Below are positions 13,640 through 28,460 of a stretch of 64,000 nucleotides of DNA, one piece after another. Origin of the DNA: the human T2T-CHM13v2.0 reference genome, Homo sapiens; assembly GCF_009914755.1 (NCBI RefSeq), contig NC_060947.1, one strand, 5' to 3'. Both the position numbers and the translations under genes were made by a program. Below the pieces are notes generated by a model. It made no database searches. It was not told the DNA's origin and saw nothing but the letters and a program-made list of their open reading frames with translations. Each line of letters begins with the position of its first letter. Position 1 is the stretch's first letter.

Positions 13640-16350
13640 CTTTGAAGACCCAAGCTAGATGTGGACCCAAGCGCCCTCGAAATACCAATAATCATCGCCG
13701 GGAGCTCTGGAACATAAGGCATTTTCTGAACAGCCTCGGTCCCTCGGGCCAGCGACTCGCAAGCTGCCAGGTGCGTCCTGTAACTTTCCCTCAGACTATG
13801 CGCGTTCCCCGGCTGGGCCGCAGCGGGCTCCCGGACAGTGCCAGAGTCGTGCTCTAGAGGCTGCTCGCAGGAGGTCAGGGGACTTCTCAGCAAGCTTGCC
13901 TCTCACCACGTAGGCTTGTAGCACACCGGGGACAAGCTGGGTAAGGAAGCGACTTCGATCTGGCTGGAAGCAGATGTTAATGGTGTACAACTAGTTGAAC
14001 ATGGAAGTCTAGAAAAATTACAAGCACAAAAGGCAGAGGGCCAGTTGGTGCACTGGGCAAAGAGAACTGAGAGAGTGAGCGGATTGACTTTTTGAGGCCA
14101 GATTTGAAGATATAGATGGGGCAGGGGGACGTGCTGGAGCCCTTGAGAATCGGAAGGCCTCCTGTGCATAGCACTAAGTGTTTGCACCAAGCTTGCTCCT
14201 GGATCCTCGATCCTGGATCCTCGACCCCAAGGAGGGAAGAGGACACGTTTCTCCCACCCACCTCTTGGCTTGGGATGGGATGGGCAGTGCCGAGGCAAGA
14301 GAAAGCGACCCGAGAAATAGGTGCGTGGTAGGAGGCGGCGGCTGGGACTGCTGCGCAACTGCCGGGTAGTTGGGAGCACTACAGCGCCAGAGGAGCGTCC
14401 CGCCCGGCAGGGACTTAGCAGGTTGCTGGAATCCTAACCTCCCGCCTCTTTCTGGCATGCAGAGCAGAAGGGGCCCAACTGAAGAAATGATCACGCGGCT
14501 CAGGAAAGAAGCTACTTGTGTCTGGTGGTCTCGACTGTCACGGTTTCACAACCGGAGAGCAAGCTTAGCTCAACACTGGAAACAGCCTGAGGGCTGTGCC
14601 CTCTCGCCCTTGGACCCCTGGAGCTGGCTGGGTCCACCCTGGAGTCAGCTTCTGCTTTTTGGCAAGACCTTGGATAGCCTTATTTTTAAACATTTTAACG
14701 CCCCCACTTTTTGAAGAAGCAGTCCAAGAGTAAAGTGACCCTTTAGTACCCCCAAAGAGGGGATGTGGTTGGCCCCTTTAAGTGAAAGCCTAGGGAAGGC
14801 CACGTTGACCTTCCGGGGGGAGCCTCTGGGTCCCCACCCCACTCCTGAAAAGAGGCCCTGGCCTTTGGGATCGCTGGGCTTTACGGACTAGAGGTGGGGT
14901 AGGTGGGGAGGCTGCACTGCCAGGACCCCAGCAACTTCCAACTGCTGCTGGGGACAACTTACTGCATGGGCAAGGCTCTGGGGACAGAGGAGGTGGTAGG
15001 AGAGAAAGTCCGTTTAGAGGAACAGATGGGCTCAAAAGAAGTTTTCAGACAAACCTGTGGAATGGGGGTAAAGAGGACAAGCAGGACTCCATGCATTTCC
15101 CAATAAAAGTAGGGTGAGTCCAAGTCTACGGCAGGAGACCAGTTACTGTGAAGAATGTACAGAACGTACAGAATGTGCAGAACCAACTTGTAGGAGCCTA
15201 GGTGAGACTGGAAGCCAGCTCCAGATTCCGATTTGAATGATGTGTGACGCTGTCTCTTCCCTCAGGTAGACAGCATACACCTTCCGAGCTCCCTGGCCTC
15301 GGCCATAATTGCCAGCCGCTCCTCTGGGTTGGGCCTAAGAGCAGCCGGCTCCCGGACCGCGGTGGCGCAGGCGGGCTCTGCGGCGAGCCGGGGAGAGCGC
15401 GGCTGCCGGAGAAATATGCTAATGGCGGCCTCTCCGGCACAGTCCTGGATTTGGTCTAGGCTTTCTGGCTTGGCCCTGGAACTCTCAGCAAGGACGGGTC
15501 GAGTACCCAAGCCGTGGAGAAAGCCCAGGAAGGGCACGTGCTAGGATCTCACACCTGACCCGCGGCAGAGGCTGCTCGGGGGTCAGACCTGGCGCTGGCG
15601 TTTCTTTCTGCTCTTCCGCCTGTGTTCGGGTAGCCACAGGCTTCCCAGAGGCCTGGAGCTGGTCGCCCATATGCGCGTGAGTGCTCATCTCCCAGTCACA
15701 ACTGTTGGCAAACCGACTACTACAGCCGTCGAGTTCACACTTGAACTGGTTTACGCCTGGAAATAGAAACTTCAACGCTCTCACCCCATCCTACGGAGCC
15801 GCTAAGCAATATATAAGAAGGGTAATAACGTATTCGCTGGAGACAACAAATAATTCCCCACGTTAAAATAACTGATTGTTTTCAGAAATTTATTTTTTAC
15901 ATAAATATATAAAACGAATTCACGCCGATCCCCATTGCACCCAGCATTTGAGAAATTACCGAGTGATCTGTAGCTCAGAGACAGACACCGGCGTGGTCCG
16001 AGTGTTACAGCAAAGTCTCAGCACCTGTAAACTTGCAACACTGAGACAAATGAAACCCCTCGCGCCGGCATCCGCTGGCGCACAAGCTCCTGCGGCCCCC
16101 GTCGCTTGCTCTGGAACTCCTAGCTCTGGGACCACTTCCCTACCCGCAGATTTCGCCAAAGGCTATTGCAAAAACCCACCCTTTGTCTCATAAAACTACA
16201 AAGAGCCACACAGCCAGAGGCAGGCTTTTCGGCAGGCTCCTCAGCCTTCCCCGGAGATACCGGCGAGTCTCGGGTGCACCAGGCAGGAGCAAGTTTTCTC
16301 CTTACTGGGATTGGGGTGCGCCTCTCTTCCACCCGGTGGTCCTGTGCGCA
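13640..16350. promoter_or_regulatory. CpG-enriched, repeat-free blocks (13.64-14.46 kb, 15.28-16.35 kb)
   Basis: Elevated CpG relative to flanks, no Alu/L1. Confidence 0.5.
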
Positions 16351-17099
16351 GGGGTGTGCTGAGGAGACTGTAAAAAAGCTACTAACCGGCAGGGCCTGCT
16401 CTCCACGGAACAAGGCCACAGGGAGAAGAAGAGGGGAGCCCCTGGGAACAGAAGAACACCTGGCAGGGCTGGGGTGGGGATTGCAGCTAGTCCATGACCC
16501 AACTACGGTGTGAACCTGGACCCGGAAGCTGGGCTGTAAGCGGAGCTAAGGTTTCTTCTCCTCCCTATAGGGCTAGCCTAAAGATGTAGTCATTACGGAA
16601 GCCACCTTTTGGGAATGAATCGGGATGGGCAGCAATTTCCGAGGGGTGTGGGGTGGGGAAGAGAGAGCGAGAGCGAGCCTGAGGGTAGGCGGGGGCTAGC
16701 AAAAATTCGGAGAGCTGAGCACTCCCCTCGCCTTCGGCTCCCATAAGGACCCACCCCTGTCAACAAATGGTAAGTCCTTTGGGGAATGCTAGAGAAAGAA
16801 ACTGGCAGGTCAGAGATAAAGGTGCGCCTGGGCGCTGGGGATGGAGTGGGAGGGCAGGGAAGGGTTAGTGGTCCTTGTCCCGTGGAAATCGTACATGTGC
16901 TCGGAAGGCTTGTGTAATTGGAGGCCAAGGGGTGCTTGTATTAGTGTGCATGAGAAAGAGACAGAGAGACACATGAGACCAAGAAGCTGAATGGACGTGT
17001 AAGTCGCACTGGACGACAATTTCAAAATGCAGAGTTTGGCTTATTATGCAAACGAATAAATCTCACACAGCTTTCACTTGTTCATCCCCTGCAGACCGT

Positions 17100-19110
17100 A
17101 GCGGTTTGCACTCTCCTGGTTCAAGTTCGAAGTGGAACGGGAAACAAAAGCAGGCAACGATTCCAGCGCGGCCTGAAAGACGGACCACAAAGCCTCCTCC
17201 CTCGTCTCTCCTCCGGGAGCCGGGAAGCCAATGTGACGATCAAAAGCTTCCACATCGCCCCGGCGGGGCGCGCCCTCAGCCCTGTCGGGGAGGTGGGGAA
17301 TCTGCAGAAATCTAGGTCTGGAGGCTCCTGCCAATTTTTCCTTGAATCAGAGGAAGGCGCGGGTTATAGGGCCCTTTCTCCCGTGGGTTCACCGCCGGGA
17401 GAACCAAGTTTGTATTTGGCCATTCAGTGCCACCCGCGCCTGCCCTAAGGCTCCGAGGTCCATTAGGCCAGTAATCGTCCCAACTGGGGAAATGAATGGT
17501 TGGCCTGGCCTGGGGGCACCGGTTCCTTCCTGCCTGTGGGCGTCTCTAGCTGAGCCTCTGGTTCAGGGCTCTGAGCTCTGCCAAGGCCCATGTCATTTAG
17601 TGGCCCCTCCGGGGTGGGGACGGCCTCTCTCGGAAGGGTGGGGAAGTCCCTCGAAACTATGGGCAGGGAGAGAGAAGAGAGAAGAGACCCACTGCTTGTT
17701 CAAAACCAAGCCCTAACCTAAGCCAGGTCTAGGCAAGACAGAGACACCTCTTACATAGGAGTCACCGGCCCTAACTCCTCCCCGCCATAGCTCTGGAGAG
17801 GAGGTGCATCTTAAAGATGATCCTCGGCTCCTGGTGGTTGAGGTGCAGCGTCAGGTTGCACCTGGTCTTGCCTTTCCCGGCGGGCGGGCCAAGAGGGCGG
17901 CTATTGAGCCTCGCGGATCCAGGCCCTAGAGGCCAGGAAGAGGAGATCGCGCGGCCTTGATAAGCCGGATCACCAGCAGTGACCCTCGTTGACGTCGGGG
18001 TAACCCCGCTAAGTGACCGCCACGTGAGAAAGTCTGGGCCGCTCACAATGCGCCGGCGCCTCGTTAGGGCCGGGCGGGCGCTCGGGGAGCCAGGCCAGCA
18101 GTGTCCGCGGCCTCATCATTCATTCCCCTGGACGTGCTGGTAAAAATGCATCAAAATAGGCTGCGGAGCGCGGTATAAAAGCACAGCGGGATGAGCTGCT
18201 TTCCAAAAAGGATCTCGGTGATTGGACCGAGCTCGGCGTGATTGACAAGAGCTTAGTTTGGTAAAGGGAAGACACGCAAGCTTTCACAGCAGGAGCCCTT
18301 TTCTAAAATATATCACACTAGCCTTTGAAAAGCGCCGCACACTATAAGGAAATAGCGTTTCACGGCTTGCTTTATGGTGCGATGACATTTCTTTAAAACA
18401 CAGCGAAGATCAAAAAAAGGAGAGAGAGAAATAAAATGTGTTGCAAACACAATGTTTTAATTAGTTTATTCTGCGCGTTGCTTTTAACTGTCGTATACAT
18501 TGCGGGTTTTCCTTTAATTAAACAGTCCCTCTCGAGCGGTGGCAGGCGAGGAAGGCGAGGCGCTGCGCCCTTTCGTTTCCTTTTGGAAAAACGAGAAGGT
18601 TGGCTGGCCCCAGAGCCCAGCTCGCAGGCTCCTGTGCCCTCGCGGCCAGGATAGGCAGACTGAGGCGTTGGGGCTTCGGAAAGCGGCGGGACCCGAGCGC
18701 CCCACGGAGGCGGAGAAGGAGGGGACGAGGAGGAAAGGAAGGGGAGGAGGTTCTCCCCCGGGGAACCGAATGGGACCAAGGCAGTGCGAGTAGCTCGGGC
18801 ATGGCGCCAACCTCCAATCCCCTCCCCACGAGCTCCAGCCAGCAGCCGGTGTCCCCCCGCCCCCCTAACCCGCACCACCTTTCCAAGCCCTCTCTGGTCG
18901 CCAGGGTGGTGGGGAGCGATAGGCACCAGGATGAGCCCTGCGGTTCTGGCCGTCTCCTCGGCTTTCGGGCTCCGATTTCCAGCTACTTAGCCCTCTTTGG
19001 ATCCCAAAGTAGCGGATTCTCTGATTCCTGACCCACAGGAAGAAGAGACTACGCAAGCATCCGCTCGCCGAAAGCGCGGGCGCCGCAGGCGCTGTCAAAA
19101 GTGGCGCCTC
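17100..19110. promoter_or_regulatory. Upstream CpG island with motif-rich core
   Basis: CpG-dense, repeat-free; TATAAAAG at 18174, CRE-like TGACGT at 17990, E-box CACGTG at 18021. Confidence 0.75.
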
Positions 19111-19820
19111 AAGAAAGACGAGAGTTGAGCTAATGGGGGAATGTGTTGTGGACCTAAGCCTGTTCTTACACACACACACCCCACACTCTCACTCGTACTT
19201 ACTACACGATTACTTCATGGAAACCTCTGCAGATTTCGGTTCTACCAACAACCACCCTCTCTGCTCCACACACCCCAAAGACCCGGCCTCAGCCTTAACC
19301 CAGCGCTTGAGCCTGGCATAGAGTCAGCTCATGCAGTACTCTCTCAACAATATTTACTGCTCAGGCCGGTAGGTAGTGATGGTAGGCAGTCTGTGGCCTT
19401 AAAATCAGAGGGCATTGTTTTGTTAATTCTGCTGGTGAGATCTGAAGACAATACAAACCTGCAGTCTGGTGAGAAGGTGGAGTGGAGGTGTAGATAAGAG
19501 ATGCAGATGTGACCTCCTAAATGAACCACAGAACACAACCCAGTAAATTCATGGACTGGACATAAGGCTTTCTCTCCTGTCCAAATGTATTTCTTCTACT
19601 AAAACTGGGAATGGAAGAGACTGAGTCAAGGTTTTTTGCCTAGTGTGTTTGGGGCAGGGGGTGGGGAGAGTAGGGAGGGAGATGGGGACAACCACCATGT
19701 GGCTGGGGTGCCTCCTTTCCACTTTTTGCTCAGAGGAAAATTTTCTCCAGATGTCTTTCCTTTCAAGGCAATGAAACAGAAAGCAGGTTGAGCCGTGGGA
19801 TGCCTCTATGGCCTGTTTGA

Positions 19821-20156
<336 letters not shown>

Positions 20157-20229
20157 TAATTTTTTTTTAACATTTTTGTTTAAACATTGAGATTTGTGTA
20201 AATGTTTGAAATTATGCTCCTCAGGGTAA

Positions 20230-20894
<665 letters not shown>

Positions 20895-21295
20895 TGATTA
20901 TAACTGGATGGACCTTTTAAAACAACTGCAAAGATCACTTGATAATAATCAAAATAATTCATTTAATATGTAGTTTCTATGAATCACAAAAGTCAATATT
21001 ACAGGGCATATGCACAATATAGGCTCTCCATTGTATTATCCTTGGAGGGACCTTTTTCTTTACATTATTTGTGATGTACACATATATTATAAAAGCAATC
21101 AGCAAAAATTAAGTGACATGTGTGATGGCAAAGTAATGCCAAGCCAACTCCCAGAGCAGTTTGCCTCCCAATTCATTTGAACATTACATTCAGAATAATG
21201 ACTTAAACCCACCATGGCCACAGAATGAAACCATAGCTCAAGAAGTAAAGCTCGTATACGGCACTGAGCTACAGAGTGCTTTTCCATAGCTAGCC

Positions 21296-21297
<2 letters not shown>

Positions 21298-21349
<52 letters not shown>
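21298..21349 (+). repeat. (TG)~25 microsatellite
   Basis: Direct read. Confidence 0.97.
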
Positions 21350-21350
<1 letters not shown>

Positions 21351-21570
21351 GTGGGGGAGTTATGGAATTGTGAAGTTAAAAATAATAATAATGAGCCTCA
21401 AATTTTTACCATGTAATTTTAAAGTCTGTTTTAATGAGGAATATAAGGAATATTAAATGGACTTTCTGATCTTAAAGACTATATGTTGCAGCAGGAAAGG
21501 ACACAAATAGAATATAAAAGAAGGCACTCCCCAAGATAATGATTCCAGTTTATTTCTTTTTTCCTCATGA

Positions 21571-22214
<644 letters not shown>

Positions 22215-22331
22215 GACTCTTTTTATAATAGTTCCATTTGGGTATTTGTTCCAGCAAACCCCAGTAACACATCTGAGTAGGAAAAGGCATAACCAAGAGA
22301 GGCATGTGTGAATAAAAAGAAAGAAGCTCTA

Positions 22332-23159
<828 letters not shown>

Positions 23160-23330
23160 CTAAAGTTTCAGATAATCCACATAGGATTATGAAATATTCC
23201 TTCTAAAACTGCTACAATGTTTTGCTAGCCCAGGTGCAAGACTGAATCTTGACATCATTTCCTGGTATCTTCCCCCACAGTACCCCCAGGATGTCTTACA
23301 TGTAGCATGCAAGCTATAAACATTTTGAAG

Positions 23331-23637
23331 GGGCAGGTGTGGTGGCCTGTACCTAAAATTCTAGCACTTAGGGAGGCCAAGGTGGGGATCGCTGGAGCCC
23401 AGGAATTCGAGACCAGCCTGGGCAACATAGGGAGATACTGTCTCCATGAAAAATTAAAAAAAAAAAAAAATAGCCAGGCGCAGTGGCATGCACCTGTGAT
23501 CCCAGCTACTTGGGTGGTAGGAGGCAGGAGGATTGCTTGAGCCCGGTAGGTCAAGGCTGCAGTGAGATGTGATCATGCCACTGAACTCCAGCCTGGGTGA
23601 GAGAATGAGAACCCTGTCTCTAAAAATAAAATGAAAT
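23331..23637 (+). mobile_element. Alu (AluJ-like)
   Basis: Diverged Alu consensus. Confidence 0.92.
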
Positions 23638-24444
23638 AATTTGAAGAGTGAAGCAGCTAATGTATTGCTTGTGTGAATAAAAAGTTTTTCCACGGGGGAA
23701 AAAAGGGTTCAGTTTCAAGTCACTCTGCAACTTGCTTGCTCCCATCTGTCCCTGCCTTCCACAACTTGGAGCTGTCCTCAAAGCCTGAACCAAACTGCAT
23801 GATACCTGGACAGTTCTGGTTTTTGCAATCATCTAGAAATTGAGAGGCATAAGGTTCCCCTCACCAGTTCTTGGGATTCCACCTAGGGTGGGGGGAGAAA
23901 CAGCAAAGGAAATATCACTGGGGAACAATTCTTAATGAGATGGCATGCTCCGAATCTCCACTCCCCTTCTTTCTTCTAGAAGGAGGTCAGGAGTGGATCT
24001 GTTGAAAACGGGGAGAAGTAGAATTAGAACAGCCCTTTTCATCAAGTAGCTCCATCCCTCACTGTCTTACAGGGGGAAATTTCGTTCTGCAACAGCAAAA
24101 GTGTAGCCCTTTAGTTGAAATAAAATAAATGGTTCCAGGTCCATAAGCATATCATTTCTTTACCAGACCTTTATTTCTTCCACCTCAGATCAGGGCAAGG
24201 GTCATTTCTAAAAGCAGGATGAATAACGTAGAAGTTGAAGGCGGGATTTTTCTTCATGGAAACATCTGGTAGGCAAAATAAATAGATAGAGATAGCAGTC
24301 TGGAGTGGGAACCCCAAGTTTATTCTTAGAGCACTTCTAGTTGAAGCATTTCTCAGACCTTAGTGGTATTACCAGGGCCAAGAATGTAAGCCTGGGAAGG
24401 CTGCAGGGTGGGAGCAAAGAGGCTCTAGATATTGACTAACTTTA

Positions 24445-24600
24445 ACACAGTGGCTCCCTCATTAGAATCACCCGGGGAGTTTCAAAAATAGGCCACGGCA
24501 CCCTTCCCTAGACCAAGTGAGTCAGAAGCTCTGGGGTTGGTCTGACCATCTGAATATTTCAAAGATTCCCAGCAAACTCCAATGTGGAGCTAGAGTTTCT
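24445..24600. mobile_element. MER5A-like hAT element
   Basis: cattagaatcacccggggag..gagtcagaagctctgggg. Confidence 0.6.
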
Positions 24601-24794
24601 GGTTCTACTCAATTGCTTCTGGAGCAGAGGGCAGGCAACCTCTCCCCCCTCTCAAATTGAGGGAGGGGATGTGAAATTTAATAGCAGAAACTAAATATTG
24701 CAATATAAGTCTCTAATTGAGAATCACAAAAACAAGATATCATGTGGGAGCTAGAGCTTTTAAGTGTGTGTATTAAGAAAATGGGTCCCCTTCT

Positions 24795-25210
<416 letters not shown>

Positions 25211-25216
25211 TCAGGA

Positions 25217-25590
<374 letters not shown>

Positions 25591-26823
25591 TTATGGGCTA
25601 CCAAAACTACCCAAAACTTCAGTTTGCTTAAGTAGGCAGTGGAGGCTCCCTTGCCTCCAAACAAACTTAGAGCCTAAAACCACCTTAAAAAGGAGAAAGA
25701 GTTAAGAGGTAAGAACTAATGAGCTTTTCTAAAGTGGGAAAGGAGTATTTCAGTGATGGGGAGAGGGGTCTCCTGGAATGTTTTTGAGGCCACTGAGCTG
25801 CTGACAGGTTCAGCTTTTGGAACTTGTACTGATAGGAGTGAGGAAAAGGACACTGTAGGCCATGTGTTTTTCCTCTTTCATTTAATAGGTAGATAGATAA
25901 GAACTTCCATGGAGGAATGTGTGATGAGGGTGGGGAACAGGGGAAGAGGAGAACGGATGTCTGCTGATAAAACCTGCTTCACTCTGTCCTTGGTCCTCAG
26001 GAAAACTTGACCTTTAGCCCTGGATGGCTCGAGAGGGGCCTCTGCACAGCCCAGTGTGGACTGAAGTTTGTGCATCCAGGTTGGGAGGGCAGGGCTAAGC
26101 AGAGGGACCACAGACTCTGGCTCTGAGGATTCCACCTGTTTATAGCCCTCAAGGGCCCATAGGGGCATTCTTGCTGAAATCAGGCTCCTCTGTTCTTGAA
26201 GACAGACCCATTAAAATGAGAGAAAGAAGGACCAAGGGACGGCAAGGCGAGGAGGATTTTTTAGGCTTGGTGAAACTTGAACCCTAGAGAGCAAAGGGAA
26301 GGGGGCCTCAGGCTCACACAACCTGAGCAAAATAGGAAAGAATATGCATCTCAGGTCCTGCAGGGGTGGCAGGAGGATCAGGTCAATGAATGGGACTTTG
26401 AGGCCTGCAGTGCGTGGGATCTTAAGGTCCCTAGCACGCTAGTACTCAATGTGTGCAGTACTCAATGTCTGCTGTGCTACTCATGGTGAGTAGCACAAGG
26501 GGCTTTCCTTCAGGGGCTAGGACAGGAGCAGGCACAATTAGTCACTGTTTGGGAACAGCGCCCCGCTGCCAGTCCTGTGGTAACAATCTAGCCAGGGTAG
26601 CTCCTGGGCCTCTTGATGAGAAAGGACAGGCCCGCTGAGCCAGAACAGAAATTTCACCAGGGGCTTTTCTTGGGCCTTCAGGGCCACCCTGTCCCCAAGT
26701 TGACTTTCCCACAAATGGAGCTTTTGGAAAACACTTTGGCAAGTGGCACAAAGTCAGGCTACACTTTGGTGAGAGCTCCATTGGGTGTGACAATTTAGCC
26801 TGGCTAGACCATACTCCTGAAAG

Positions 26824-27006
26824 TAGGAGTGCCATATAAGATACATAATGTCCTATAAAATCTGAATTGCCAATAAAGAATATTTTAGTATAAGTATCTC
26901 CCAGGCAATAACTGGGACATACTTAAACTAAGAAAAAATCGTTTATTTGAAATTCAAATGTAACTGAGCGTCCTGAGTTTTTGATGTGCTAAATTTGGCA
27001 ACATTA
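26824..27006. mobile_element. MER53 palindromic hAT-type element
   Basis: ttttagtataagtatctccca...tgggacatacttaaactaa; gaaattcaaatgtaactgagcgtcctg; gctaaatttggcaac terminus. Confidence 0.85.
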
Positions 27007-27200
27007 CTTGTGTGAGTGGCTATTTGGGTCTGAAAGAATTGTTTGCCAGTCTGGACCAGGTTCAAAAGGTGAAGTGTAATCTACCAAAGCTGAGTCTGAG
27101 GGGCAAGGGTTGAGGATTATGCAGCCTTATAGAGAAATTCCTGATAGGGCCGGAGTGGAAGGAAAGATGAAGGAGAGGGGAGACATACCTAAGGGGATGA

Positions 27201-27539
<339 letters not shown>

Positions 27540-28199
27540 CACCCTGGAATCTTTATAATAACATATCTTTATAGTTTAAAGGGGAAGAGTGCAGAGAAGG
27601 AGCATAAATGTTTTGCCCAAGTCTACCAGCTGATGGCATTTGTCCTGGGAAGAAAGGGAGGGTAGCGTTTCTGGGCAAGAAGAGGAGCTGGGTGAACGCT
27701 AGGCCCTCACTGAGGAGGGGCAGTTGAGTTGGGAGGGAGTCCATCTCTCTGTCCCTCCAACCCCCTCAGGCCTAGGGAATTGGGGTCACTTCCCTCAGGC
27801 TTCCTGGCCTCACATGCCTGGCTTGGTTTGGAGCTGTCGTTGCCCCTGAGGGCTCAGTCACGCAGAAAGGGTCAATAAACTGTGTATCTCTAGCCAAAGA
27901 AGAAAGACAATAAAACCACCCTCAGGGTCAGAGGTCACCTAGTCACTGATTGAGATATTCACAACTCTTTTTCCTCTCTTCTCATCCCTTCTTTCTCCTG
28001 AGACTCCTCCTCCCTTGACTACTTTTTCCCTTTCTCCAAAGCCAAAAGTATCCCCAAAAATAACTGAGATGTGGGGCTGGGGGAAAAAAAATCAAGCCAT
28101 ATGCAAAATGAAGCTGGAAATCTAGGAGGGTGATGGTGGATAAAATCTACTGGTCAAGAATACCTAGCCTCTGCTGACACTACAGTCCAACCCCTAGTC

Positions 28200-28460
28200 C
28201 AGGGGTCGGCAAACTTTTTCTGTAAAGGGCCAGATATAAAATATTATTTTAGGGTTTTCAAACCACATTCAGTATCTGTAGCATAAATTCCCCCCCTTTT
28301 TTGTCCTTCTTTTTCTACTTCTGCTCTCTAACCCTTTAAAGATGTTTTAAAAATAAAATAAAATAAAACCATTCTTGGCTCCTGGGGCCATACAAATACA
28401 ACAGGCTATGGGCCAGATTTGGCCTCCAGTTTGCAGACCATAGTCTGCCATTCACGTCCA
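28200..28460 (+). mobile_element. MER58 (probably MER58C) hAT-Charlie element
   Basis: caggggtcggcaaactttttctgtaaagggccagata...gggccagatttggcc. Confidence 0.8.

Noticed and set aside
13500-19500. Many overlapping 60-180 aa Pro/Gly/Arg-rich ORFs (likewise at 41.3-43.2 kb)
   Set aside because: Expected from stop-codon scarcity in GC-rich DNA; no domain or consistent exon structure recognised
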